Below, one piece after another: positions 14,140 through 26,932 of a DNA stretch of 64,000 nucleotides. How positions within the stretch are numbered: the first letter of the stretch is position 1; the number at the start of each line of letters is the position of its first letter. The position numbers were made by a program, and so were the translations under genes. The stretch is taken from positions 111,166,001-111,230,000 of the forward strand of contig NC_043003.1 of NCBI RefSeq assembly GCF_006345805.1, read 5' to 3'. This stretch comes from Octopus sinensis. Taxonomy: Eukaryota. The notes beneath the pieces were generated by a model, which worked only from the letters and a program-made list of their open reading frames with translations, did not search any database and had not been told where the DNA came from.

Positions 14140-14269
14140 GCGTTACTCATTTTTGCCAGCTGAGTGGAGTGGAGCAACGTGAATTGGATGGTTTTGCTCA
14201 AGAACACAACGCCTCGCCCGGTTCATCTAACGATCATGATGCTAACAGCACTAAGCCACGAGCCTCCAC
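14140..14269 (-). mobile_element. SINE family B, decayed 5' part
   Basis: actcatttttgccagctgagtgga...cactaagccacg is the reverse complement of the family B head. Confidence 0.8.
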
Positions 14270-15271
14270 TCATGTGTAAGTATAGGGATATATTTTTGAA
14301 ATTTGTGTACCATTTGACTTCACCCGATTTCAAAATTCGTTGTTCTTGTAATATATCTTATTTTGCTGTCTTATATCTATTTTAATTCTAATACAAAATA
14401 TTCTCACAATATTCATCTTAAATAAATTTGCAGCTAATCTGAATAAGTGTAAAACAATATGTTTAACTGCATAAGAACATTGAAAGCTCACAAACTTACA
14501 CAATCATACACAATTTACAAATACCTGAATACTGTTTAATCATCACCAAGTCCATCTCATTCCCTATTATGCTCTTCTTAACGTTTGACTATGCTCTCAA
14601 ATGACCGACGTTATTCAATTTTGTAGGTAGAGGAGATTAAACAAAGATATATTTGCAAAAATGTTTGCATATATTTTATTTCGACTATTGTTTTTTTTTT
14701 TTTTGCAATGCGTATTATTTTCATAACTGATATATCAGTTAGAATGAAAACCACTTACGAAATAATATTCGCAAAATCGGCTATAGTGTGTAAAAATTCA
14801 ATAAGTAAAATCTTCCATTTCATATAATTGAAATCTTTAAAAAAATCTTACGATAGAATGAACTCAGAGAATATCTTTTTATTACAAATAATAAATAGAA
14901 TTATCAGAACGTACTTTTCTATAATATAATTCCTGAAATGTCTAAGTATCGTTGAAAAAGAACTTCAAATTCGATTATCTTTACTGAATTTTCTCAAGCG
15001 AAATAGAAAATTAGGTAATTTGTACTAACGACAAAATTATTACTATATCCATAACTTCAATGTGATGCTTTAAATTATTTATATTATACAGGTGCATGTG
15101 TTATTGAATACATTTTGTAGGAGATATCATCTGACATATCTATGATTAAATCGAATATATGTTAGGATTAAAACTATCTGTCATGTTGTACGTAAATACA
15201 ATGCTAAACGTACAGTAAAACCAGCTATATATATCACAGAATTACGCTCTAGACCTCGATTTCTATTAATT

Positions 15272-15357
<86 letters not shown>

Positions 15358-15829
15358 ATATATATGTAAAAATGTGTGTGTATGTGGAGGGAGTCTACGT
15401 GTCTGTATCGCTATAAGGTAATATTAGATATAAATATTGCTTTGTGTTTTAGTTTATTTTTCTAGTCAGGCTTTACATCATATACAACGACTGGGTGGAG
15501 TAACAGAGAGATACAGAAAGAAAGTTATTATAGTGGGAACTATGAGTACACATACCAAGTCTGGTGGAAAGCACTGAGAATTGCAATGCGTAACAAATAC
15601 GGAGTGAGGAAAAAGTTATTGAGGCGGAGGAGCAGTGGAAATATATGACAGTGTAGTATTGCGAAGAGATGTATCAATGAGAAAGTTCTTTTATTTAATT
15701 TATTCTTTAAAATCGTATTAAATTTATCATTTCCTATAAGCATCAAGAAATCTTTTTTCAATGTTCAATAGCAATATTGTACGCATCATGTATTTCCTGA
15801 CCTTACCCATCCAAAGCCATAAACAAAGT

Positions 15830-15864
<35 letters not shown>

Positions 15865-16129
15865 TATATATAAATATATGTATATACATACATGCATATA
15901 AATACATCTATATACATACATATATATATATATATACACGTATATATATACATATATATACACATATATACATAAATATACACATATACATATACGTATA
16001 CACATATACATATATATATATATACACACATATATATATATACACACATATATATATACACACACACATATATATATATATATACACACATATACATATA
16101 TGTATACACGTATACATATATATATATAC

Positions 16130-16453
16130 GTGAGGGCGCGTGGCTTAGTGGTTAGGGCATTCGGCTCATGATCGTAAGGTTGTGAGTTCGATTCCCGGCG
16201 ACGCGTTGTGTCCTTGAGCAAGACACTTTATTTCACGTTGCTCCAGTCCACTCAGCTGGCAAAAATGAGTTGTACTTGTATTTCAAAGGGTCAGCCTTGT
16301 CACTCTCTGTGTCACGCTGATTATCCCCGAGAACTACGTTAAGGGTACACGTGTCTGTGGAATGCTCAGCCATTTGCACGTTAATTTCACGAGCAAGCTG
16401 TTCTGTTGATTGTATCAGCTGGGACCCTCGTCGTCGTAACCGGCGGAGTCTTT
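16130..16453 (+). mobile_element. SINE family B, full length, inserted in (TA)n
   Basis: 7 substitutions versus 6926-7254 over about 322 bp; flanked by atatatatatac on both sides. Confidence 0.92.
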
Positions 16454-17507
16454 AAAATATATATATACACACATATATGTATATATATATATATACACAT
16501 ATATATGTATACACATATACATATATATATATACGCATATACATATATATATACACATATACATATATATATATACACATGTACATATATATACACATAC
16601 ATATATATACACATATATATATATATACACACACACATATATATATATACATATATATATATATACACATATATATATATACACATATATATATATACAT
16701 ATACATATATATATACATACGCACATATATAGACACATATACATATATATATATATATATATACATATATATATACACACCACACACACACACATATATA
16801 TATATATATACATATAAATGCAGGAGATATGTGACATATTTATGATTAAATCGGGTTTCCTTTCAAGTAGAACAAAATGGTATGGTTACAACCATATTCA
16901 ACTTTTCCCCGTTTCTTCTTTATTCTGTTCTTCATCCATTCTTCACTCTGATGAAGCTCCATGCTTCAGATCGGTTTTATTATCAAATACGAAAAATATT
17001 ATCAGCATATCAGTAGCTATACAATACAAAATTGGAAACAGAAACAGCTGTGAGATGGGATGCAGTATATTCATTTTGAATTAATAAATATTAATTGATT
17101 AAGTCCATTGTTGTTTATTGATAGTTCTTCATTTCTGTCTTCGTTAAATTTTGATTCTTGATAAACGCATGTTTACCTATAATATTATTCGATATGTATA
17201 CCCATGATCAAACTTAAGTAGTGTAATGGATACACTGTGGATACAATCAACCCTCAGACAGTTAATTTACCCTCCAACTCAGTTATTCTTAGATACATAT
17301 ATATGTATATATATATATATATGTTTGGTAAAATAGAAAGATGAATAATCTTGTTGCAGATTAATCAAAAGTTTAACCGATACCTTGGTAGCAAAAATCA
17401 CAGCAGAAGAAAGCACGGTTGGAGATAAAACCATTTGGTGTTGCAACCGTGCGTTGGTGCGGATAATTGAATTTTAATATTCTTAGTGAATTGACGATGC
17501 CCTTCCG

Positions 17508-18771
17508 ATGCCACCATTCGGTCATCAGGATAGGGCCGTCTATAATAACATAAATAATTTAAGTTGTGACGGGAGCGCGGGGAGTGTTAGAGCAGGTACT
17601 TCCGGATTTAATTTAGGGAACAAAGATAATTATCGGTCCGGGGGAGTTCACACTAAACCAAAACCCGTTATTCATCCTATAATCACCCACCCTAATGTTA
17701 GAGCTGGCTTCCCGACCCATCACATAAATAGGAATAAGTATATATGGTTTGTAATTCCCTTTGGTAAGCAGATTAGAACTAACCTTCCCCTCCTGTTTCG
17801 ACAAGCCATCGCCAGTAACTTCCCCAGAAATTCCAAATATTACTCCACGGTTAATTCGCATAAAGTTAGGATAGCTTTCTCCAACACAAAAAACCTTTCC
17901 CAGATAATCGCCTCCATAATAATAGGCTGCTTATTAAGACCCTACCACTTTGTCCGGAGGCGCAGCTCCGTCCGCTCCCAGTTTAACGCTCAGTAGGAAT
18001 AATAATAGTAGTAATAATGATAAGAGAGCCAGTACAGTGACTGATAATCTCAGTACCAACCAGGGATTAAATACTAGATGTAGCGATAGAAAAAATGGTG
18101 ATGTCATTAACGTTAGTAATGGCAATAGTGAGGTGAGCGCAGCTCGGGTCATTAATGTAGAGAGTCCTGATAGCAACTCCAGCATCGTTTCCGGCAATAG
18201 CAGGCCCACGGATACTAGCAATTACAGCGCTCTCAGTTATAGGGAAGGCTCAGGGGTTAGTCCGTTAATTAATAGTGAATTTGAGGAATATAAAGTAGTA
18301 AGCGGCCGCAGTTCTCGCAATCAATATAGTAACAGTAACGCAGTTCTAATTTCAGAAGCTAATCCCAATAGAATAAGGTTCTTGTCGAGTAACTCCAAGA
18401 TCAGAAATGCCATTTACCAATGTAAGGTTTACACGGACTCAGAAGTCTACTCGTATGTCGGGGCCTCATCGTCAAAATTGGCCTTGCGAATTTCCAACCA
18501 TTTCGCAACTTTTCGCGACGTGAATAAATACCAAGCCACGGGACTTAGCAAGCTTATATGGAGTTTGAAGAACGCGAACTCAGGTTTCAGGCTGGAATGG
18601 TCGATTTTGTCGGTGGTCCTCCCATTTGATAGGGGCAGAAGGAAGTGCAATCTTTGTGTCTCTGAGATTTTCCACATATTGTTCGCCAGAGACCGGTTGG
18701 TAAACGGTCTTTTACAGTCGGCTTTTCGATGTCTCCATTGGCGGCGTTGTACTTATCTTGCTTATAAATGA
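17508..18771 (+). pseudogene. PLE ORF split by two 1-nt deletions (ORFs 17508-17996 and 17950-18771); C-terminal GIY-YIG endonuclease at about 18406-18771
   Basis: KYIWFVIPFGKQIRTN...VRIAFSNTKNLSQIIAS(HN) resembles the PLE WFNPPF...SYSC...IIxxHN segment; AIYQCKV...YVGAS...RISNH...TGLSKLIWSLK...WSIL...CNLCVSEIFHIL...CLH is GIY-YIG-like. Adding 1 nt at about 17915 and about 17937 gives one 421 aa ORF. Confidence 0.8.
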
Positions 18772-19369
18772 TACCTAAGACAATTAGCTCCTTGTTACCA
18801 TACTAAAATGAAAATAATCCTTGGAAATAATTTTTGAAAAAGCTTTTTAAGAAATATATGAATAACCCTTGCAAGGGGAAATTACTCCCATTAGGCGAAT
18901 GGTGGTTTGTTTTGGAAGCAAGCGCTGGAATTTTATATTCCCTTAGGATTCTTTGACGACGCTAATTTTTTGACAAGCAGGCCTAGACGAACACACGAAC
19001 ACAAAAAATATTTTCTGCCACCTGACGAATTTTTCAGCAGTGACCATTATGTAGCGCCTTTTACCAACATACGGCCGCGCACACATAGGCCAGTACACAC
19101 ATACATGTTTCTAGGTAGTTTTTGTCTCGCCCCCAAAAAATACACCCAGTATTCTTTAAAATACTCAGAATTTTAGTTTTGGTCACACAGAACATCTCCA
19201 CACCCCTTGCTCTCACCTACTGGATTTGACCGCCGCCTGACCTGTAAATATCTTCAACGCACCCACCACCCGATTTCAACGTACATTGATAATCAGTTCA
19301 GCCATGGGCTCTTAAAGAGCCTCCTCGTTCAAATTGCTTTGCTGCGCCTCTGTTCTGTTTTGTTCTGCC

Positions 19370-19488
19370 AACGGAATTCCTATTTTTTTCCTGAAGAGAA
19401 AGCCACAATATGGTATCCTTATTTAATCAGAATTTGGAAAATTGTGGCTTTTGAAACATGTGTAGAATGCAATAAAAGGAATTCTGTT
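19370..19488 (+). ncRNA. Full-length type I hammerhead ribozyme candidate, predicted cleavage after GUA at 19464
   Basis: Core CTGAAGA 19391-19397; 12 bp stem II 19398-19409/19441-19452 with 31 nt loop; GAAA 19453-19456; stem III AC/GT; interrupted stem I closed by aacggaattcct/aggaattctgtt. Confidence 0.75.
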
Positions 19489-19523
19489 CAATCTTCGTTC
19501 AACTCCATTTCGCCAATTCACTG

Positions 19524-19636
<113 letters not shown>

Positions 19637-21082
19637 GCGTGTGTGTGATTTTGTGTGTATGTGGAGTATTTAACTTTTAACCCCGACCGGTAACGTACCC
19701 CTGAAATGGGACATACTCCTAGTTTCGGATCCTATTTTATGTATTTTTTCTTAAAATTGATAGCTTGCGTCATTTCTATCTTATATCCTATATGGATAAA
19801 GAATTTTTAGGTGATTTAGGCGGTTTGCCATTTTGAAGTTTGAAGTTTCTATTCCTATATTTATCACATGCACACACATGCACACTCATACACGCACAGA
19901 CAGGCACACACACATATACACACATACACACACACACACACGCACACGCAAATTTCTTAATACTTTCTTCTTTCTTTAAACCTGGAATAAAACGGATACT
20001 CAGTTTCAGAGATCACTGAAAGACAAACATAACGATTTGAGTGTAACTGATTATTAGTATGGACATTGTCCATACCTGTCTGTACTGACTACGTTGTCAG
20101 AACGATAGCTTTTAATAATATAATATTTAATTTTAGAAATAAAGGTCGCTGTTTATTATCATGAACCATATATACGGTATCCAATTCTCTTTTATCTGAA
20201 ATGATAGTCGATCAGTATTTTCAAATCCTTTGTCCACAAGTGTTTTATTTTTAAACTTTAAACAAGATTTTACTGTTTCCATCATTAGAAAATGGTGTGC
20301 AGATTTTAGGGCAACAATTTATATATTTCTGTTTTTATAAATATTAATTTATTTCCGTAAAAGAAAGAATCCCTTATTATTTTGTATTCAAATTTGTTTT
20401 ATGAATAAAATAGACAGATGGTGTATATCGATTGATTTAACGTGGCAATGCTCTCTTACGGCTGAAGTATCTCTTTCTATACCTACTGTTTATAACATAT
20501 AATAATACACAGAGAAAGATGTCTTCAGCAGCAATCAAGTAACATCTGTTTAGGTGTTTGTTCCGTTTTCGGTTAACCACCACAGATATTAATATCGTAA
20601 ATCTATTCAATGATACTGCATCAGGTTGTACATAACAAAAGGAAAATATGCACTTTGTTTCCTTCGAAAGAAGTAGTTACAATAATAGAATGTATTTATA
20701 TACAAGAATTGCGCAATTCTGAAATATATACGCTATACAAGAGCAAAGATCATTTATATACACATATCTCTCAGTTTATGGACATTTGAAGAGGAGAGAA
20801 GTTTTATAATTCTAGATAAATAATGCATTATGTCACTTTAATTATAATCTTAGTTCTTCTTCGAAAGGATAAGGATATATATTTTTGTGAGTGCATGTGT
20901 ATATGTTTATGCGCGTGCGCGTGGTAATTTTTCTTCATTCCATAGAAGAGCGATAAATTACAGAACTCAGTAAAGAGAGGTAGGAAATGTCGTTAATGAA
21001 TTTTGAATAAGCTACTTATAACATGGCACTAGTTCATATTCCGCATATCCTCTTATTCAGACAACAATGATATATATTTATA

Positions 21083-21272
21083 TACACACACATGCATATA
21101 TATGGAATACACACACACACATGCATATATATGGAATATACACACACACGCATATATATGGAATACACACACACGCATATATATGGAATACACACACACA
21201 CATATATATATGGAATACACACACACACATATATATGGAATACACACACACACACACACATATATATGGAAT

Positions 21273-21290
<18 letters not shown>
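21083..21290 (+). repeat. Minisatellite: 7 copies of about 26 bp (ca)n-(ta)n-tggaata
   Basis: ggaat anchors near 21104, 21133, 21160, 21185, 21212, 21237 and 21268. Confidence 0.9.
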
Positions 21291-21330
<40 letters not shown>

Positions 21331-21523
21331 ATGGAATAAGCAAGCAGACCAAGAGTACACGCGACGATGGAAAGTGTCGCCGAGGAGGTTAAAATGTGTG
21401 CCGAAAGATTTCCAGACAATGGGCATGAGTTACAACAAGAACAGTAACAAACGTGTGTAGAACGTATATATAGTGCGCAGGTGTATTTGGCAAGATAAAA
21501 TACAGCAATACATACATACACAC

Positions 21524-21589
<66 letters not shown>

Positions 21590-21657
21590 GTATGTATGTA
21601 TTGCTGTATTCCGAGTTTTTTTTCTTGCCAAATACACCCGCGCACTATATATACGTT
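21331..21657 (+). mobile_element. Repeat fragment whose last ~60 bp is repeated inverted across a (TA)n tract; degenerate hammerhead-like motif near 21375-21420
   Basis: aacgtatatatagtgcgcaggtgtatttggcaaga...aatacagcaatacatac (21461-21518) versus its reverse complement at about 21590-21657; CCGAGGA ggt..gcc GAAA gatttc upstream. Confidence 0.55.
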
Positions 21658-21679
21658 ATACAGTCGTTTATATATATAT

Positions 21680-21737
<58 letters not shown>

Positions 21738-22344
21738 GGGAGAGAGGGAGGTAGAGAGAAAAGATGCCACGTGAATAAGGGAGCCTGATATTTGTCGAGG
21801 CATCTCTGTAGAAGAAGACTAAATCATATATGAAATCTACACATCTCAAAACGAATATTTTTCGCTTGGCTTCTCACCTGGCCTTTTACTACCGCCACTG
21901 AAAGTCGGTGTGACATCGGAGAGGCGGTTTCTAAAAACACATATTTTATTAGTTTAGCGCTTAAAGGAACACAAGAAAAACAGTGCTTGAGTTTCGGATT
22001 TAGTACGACATCAGAAGAGTATGTTCGTGTAAATATGTACTTAGCAGCCGCTAATTTTCAGGGGCATATGCACACCAGGTTGTCAAAATGGTTGTGACGG
22101 GGAGGAAGAAATACAGTCACAAATTCACACGCGCACGCATATATACACATACATGTATAGATAAATATAAGAACTTTTATGGTTAAGGTGGCGTGGTGTT
22201 CGATTATGAATAAATAAAACAAAAGGTACACTGTATGTACAGGAGAGACACGCACGAGAGAAAGTTACAGGACAAAACAACGAAAGAGGATAACTCCTAA
22301 TCAATTGTCGGACTCGTTATTACTCTTATTTCGTATTTTTGACG

Positions 22345-22378
<34 letters not shown>

Positions 22379-22380
<2 letters not shown>

Positions 22381-22508
22381 AAATCTAAGAAAGATTTGGT
22401 CAGCCCGAGGCTATAGTAGAAGGCATAGTTAATTATCTAATGTTCCACACAGTGGGAGTTAACCCCGAACCATGTGGTTGGGAAACAAGTTTCTTACCAC
22501 TCACCCAT
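22379..22508 (-). mobile_element. SINE family C, 5' fragment
   Basis: tttggtcagcccgaggctatagtagaag...accatgtggttgg matches the family C head reverse complement. Confidence 0.75.
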
Positions 22509-23023
22509 ATATGTGTGTGTGTGTGTGTTTATGCGTGTGCGCGCGTTTGCATATATATGTGTGTATAATAAAGTCTATTTGACAGCTTAAGTAGCACTCC
22601 TGATTAGAACAGTGTTACAAACTTTTTTAGACTTAGGGAAGCTTCTTTTCTTCCTGGCTATCGACTCACAACTGCGTCCTTATACCTCGAACATGTGAGT
22701 TAATGTCTGTATTCAACCTTAAACTGTATCTGCGGACCAATTGTTTCTGGATTATTTCCCTTCATCTGCAAAGGGTAACAGTTGGCTAGAGGTGGCATAA
22801 TTAGGCCTTGCTCGAGATATATAGTTTTAAAGTGATACACAGCACCTGATCTCGTAAGGAGAAAAACAATTAGATTGAAATCCCTGAACGAGAAATAAGT
22901 TTTAAATATCTGAGCGGGAAATAAATAGTATTAGTACTGCACTTTACTTTGGCAAATGGACTTTACTCTGTAATAATGTAACTATTTATTTCTCGCTCAG
23001 AGATTGAAAACAAATTGTTTTTT

Positions 23024-23079
<56 letters not shown>

Positions 23080-23904
23080 GAGAGAGAGAGAGATATGTGT
23101 GTTTGTGTGTGTGTGGTGGATGGGTGAATATATATGTATGTATATGTATGCTTATTTTTTTCCTCGTAAATATCTGCTCTTTGTAATTATGTATATCTGC
23201 TTTCGTTTGATGATTTGATTTTAGCAATATTTAATTGCCTGATTTTGAAGCAGGGGACAGCTACAATGTTTTTCATTAACAAGTCACTTTATATTTCCTT
23301 AATATCCTTTTCCTAACATCATATTCCCTTTGCCTGCCTACCTGCTGAAAACTTTTCGCACTTCTTTACTTCCAGAGTTTATACTTCAGAAAATATATAA
23401 TCGTTTGCTTTGATAGTGCTCTCGCATTAATTTATAGAATATATTCTCATTTTCATCGTGCTTCTTTAGATTTATGTTAGGCCTCTAGTTAATTGGGTCC
23501 TCTCTCAAACTGATTGATGTCCCTTGCTTAATGCGCTGTCGAATACATTTTCAAAAGCTTTATATTTACTGAAGATGCTGTTCAACTAGCCTTACCGATG
23601 TTATTGATAATATTAAGGTCAACCATTTCGCTGATTGATGTCAGTATTTTTGCTATTTAGCTTTTCTTCTTCCTCGAATCTCATTTGCAGACCTTATTTA
23701 TCATTGATATAGTGCATTCTTCCTAACCTTTGTTATGCTGTTATGCCTGTACTTGACAATAGTTATTCTATTGATTGTTCTGAGTTTCGCATAAATAGCT
23801 CAACTTTAAATAATATCGTCTGTTTCTTAAATTCTTTCGGCTTTTTATCCTCAAGCAAGACTTTGAATAGCGTCCGATAGCAAATAATAATAATAATAAT
23901 AATG

Positions 23905-23951
<47 letters not shown>

Positions 23952-23967
23952 TTATCACTTTCCATTG

Positions 23968-25157
23968 GAAATTGATAAATTGATGGAGAAAGAAATGAGA
24001 GAAAAATTTTAGGTGGAGTACCTGCGCAGACTGAGACTGATCCTTTAGTGGAAATTAAACGGACGGAATAAGATCGAAGCTATCAACACCTGGGCGGTTT
24101 CATTTCTTATATATGGAACAGGGGGTAATCGCATGGACAGTAGACGCATTAAACAGCTTAGATAGAAAGACAAGGAAGTTGCTGACTAGATTTGGAACAC
24201 TCTACCCAAAACGGAACACAGAAAGACTGTATGTACCAAGAGAAAGAGGGGGAAGAGGACAGATTGGATGAGAGCATAGTATTAGAGCGGAAAACAAATC
24301 AACATAGCATGTATGTAAAAAATACCACAAGACCACTCTTTTTTGAAGTATGAATGAAACTGAAAATAGGTGGATAAAGAAAAGAATGCATGGACAATTT
24401 CCTATAGATGTTGAAGATAAGACAGACAGAGAAAAAGATGGCTATGGATGACTAAAATTGATTTAAAGCCAGAAACGGAGGTTCTAATCGACACTGCCCA
24501 AGACCAAGCACTAAGAACTAATCGCATCAAATAGAAAATGGTGAAACCGTATGGCACATTACCAGTTAATGTACGCCACTAGCCCTGAAAGAATATAAGA
24601 CGCGTCATGGCAATATAGCATGAATTGTCCACTGGACACTTTGTAACAAGTATGAACTTGACAGAACAAAAACATATACGAACATAAACCCGAAGGCAAA
24701 ATCTGAAATGACAATGCAAAGATTTTATGAGATTTTGATTCAGTGCGATCATAAGATAGAGAATAGGAAACCAGACATAGTGTTAATTGAGAAACAAATC
24801 ACACGATACTGGATCTTAGATATTGCATGCCCAGCTGACAACAAGGTATGCTATAAGGAAGAAAGAAAAGTCGATAGATATGACAGGTTAGCTTGGGAGG
24901 ATAAGCAGTTGTGGTCACTAAAATATGTGGTAGTAGTAGCAAAAATTGTTGGAGCCCTGGGAACAGTGAGTATAAAATGTTGAGTAAAAATCTTGAGAAC
25001 TACATGGAACAAATAGGGGCTGTAATAAGGGTGGAGCACTTGCAGAAAGCAGCAATACTTGGAAGAACTCGACTACTCCGGATGGTGCTCGAATAATAAG
25101 AGTGTTACCTTAGATAACTGGTAGCGAACAGCTGGCACCGTACTCCGTTTCCAGCGT
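23968..25157 (+). mobile_element. 5'-truncated R4/Dong-clade non-LTR retrotransposon (family A): post-RT region, REL endonuclease and 3' UTR, embedded in (TAA)n
   Basis: KLNGRNKIEAINTWAV, ERLYVPRERGGRG, EYKTRHGNIA, RKPDIVLIEK, ILDIACPAD, KVDRYDRLA, IVGALGTV and LQKAAILG; (TAA)n at 23884-23950 and 25158-25212. Confidence 0.88.
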
Positions 25158-25175
25158 TAGAAGCAGGGCAAAGAC

Positions 25176-25235
<60 letters not shown>

Positions 25236-25410
25236 AAGAGGAGAAGAAAAAGAAGAAGAAGAAGAAAAAGAAGGTTATGATGATGGTGATGATGATGATG
25301 AGGAGGAGGCGGATCACGATCACGATGATGATGAGGATGTTGACGAAGACGACGATGATGACAACGCCGACGATGACGATGAGGATGAATATGATGATAA
25401 TGATGATGAT
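25158..25410. repeat. Compound (TAA)n-(GAA)n-(GAT/GAC)n low-complexity tract
   Basis: Direct reading; source of the poly-D/E/H pseudo-ORFs. Confidence 0.9.
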
Positions 25411-25541
25411 TTTTTCTATAGGCAGAAAGCCAGAACTTTTGGGAAAGGAGTTTAATCAATCAAATCGACGCCAGTGCTCAACTAGTACTTAATTTATCGA
25501 CTCCGGAATGATGACATGCATAGTCGATGTTGGTGGCATTT
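25411..25541 (-). mobile_element. SINE family A, 3' part
   Basis: gtacttaatttatcgac and aatcgacgccagtgc motifs shared with 31853-32083. Confidence 0.7.
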
Positions 25542-25569
25542 TAAAATAATGATGGTAATTAGCAGAAAA

Positions 25570-26155
25570 TTTAGAATACGCATATTAGAATAAGAATAGG
25601 AATAAATGACTTGATGCAATATTGGGCCTCATTGCTTCTAATCTTAACTGATTGGAAGTGTTATCATGTACATATTTTTCTTGGTGTAACAGATGCGCTA
25701 CAGCAAATATTCCCCCCAATGCCACAGGTTTGCTTGACAGTTGTTTGACCATTACTAGTTGAACATGTCCTTGGGTAGCTGACAATATGTGAAACTCTGA
25801 CCACGATCAGAATCAGTAGGGGAGCATCATAGCTATGTGATGAGGGGAATTTTGATGGGGTTGAAAAACTCACCACTGGAAGCAACCAGTTTCTGAAACA
25901 ACCTTCATTCAAGGCCCTTTTGAATGGGATGAGTTACTCCACCAGAGGAATAGTCTAATTGGGCCCACCTGCAAAGTTTTGCACTGTTTTTCTTCATATG
26001 AGTATCTTGCTATGAAGCCATAATGTCGTGTACACATACTTGAAAAGTATGTGCCTAGTGTACCCTTATCAGACGAGTTGTCACGATGAGTATATTGGTC
26101 TACGTGCATTAGTACCCCAGTGTCACTTTGATGGCATGAGCTGCTCTCTCTCTCT
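25570..26155 (+). mobile_element. 3' end of an unassigned (TAA)n-tailed retroelement
   Basis: ggagcatcatagc...ccccagtgtcactttgatggcatg...ctctc followed by (TAA)n; the 25817-26155 part is homologous to the inverted copy at 28880-29208; 5' limit approximate. Confidence 0.65.
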
Positions 26156-26191
26156 ATAATAATAATAACAATAATAATAATAATAATAATA

Positions 26192-26245
<54 letters not shown>

Positions 26246-26887
26246 TAATAATAATAATATACGTCAAGCATGTTCGCGTTATTTTATTTTACAATATATA
26301 ATATATCTGTGGGTATATGTCATATTCTCTAAAGGCCTTTTGTCACTGTAATAATTCCTTCTACACTTTTACTGTAGTTTTCATATATGTTTTATCAGAA
26401 TTATTTATCTAAGTTTCCTGCAAATCTAGATAAACCTATTGTTATTTCTACTTATTGTTTACACGTGTCCCCCTAGTTTAACTATTACTTTTCAGTATAT
26501 TATTTTTTTTAAAGTAGAGCAATTTCAAATTTTCACTGCCTCATGATTTACGAAATATTTGTTCTTCAGATGATTCAAATTTAGCATGATATCTGTGAAA
26601 TTCTATCAAATACATAAGCTGTTATTGTTAGATTTACTAAACTGAGCAACTCTTTTCTTGCATATTGCTATTGGTATACACATATTTCTGAACTGTATAT
26701 TGCTCGAGGTTAGATAAGCAACTTGAAAATAGAAATAGAGAATCTCAACACAAAATATAAATACAAGAGAAAAGGTAAGACGTGTTATAAAACTCAGAAC
26801 TTCCAGGTGATACTTTTATTTTCCCCTTCTTTCTGAAATATCACTGCCTGCCTGCGACATAATTTTATGCCAGCATTCAAACTCCTG

Positions 26888-26932
<45 letters not shown>

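Larger units (their letters stand above)
17323..19502 (+). mobile_element. Penelope-like element lacking the RT core (probably 5'-truncated): post-RT region, Ser/Asn linker, GIY-YIG endonuclease, about 730 bp 3' UTR and terminal hammerhead; flanked by (TA)n
   Basis: GC- and CpG-richer block between TA tracts; PLE-type motifs in two overlapping ORFs; hammerhead about 40 nt from the 3' end. Confidence 0.85.

Noticed and set aside
16940-17075. Short hydrophobic minus-strand ORF (MNILHPISQLFLFPILYCIATDMLIIFFVF...) and a CTGATGA-containing hairpin on plus
   Set aside because: A 43 aa ORF is expected by chance; the hairpin has no GAAA or stem III, so it is not a hammerhead
17495-17530. Minus-strand CTGATGA-ccga...tcgg motif at the PLE ORF start
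   Set aside because: Followed by GAAG rather than GAAA, with no NUH or stem I; not a credible hammerhead
19020-19045. CTGACGA in the PLE 3' UTR
   Set aside because: No stem II or GAAA downstream
23300-23883. Possible inverted Dong N-terminal fragment next to the TAA tract
   Set aside because: Only vague similarity (RQRIKQ...LRED); too degenerate to support
25105-25492. Poly-D/E, poly-H, poly-L and poly-N ORFs (also 23768, 28052-28443 and 28647)
   Set aside because: Trinucleotide repeat tracts
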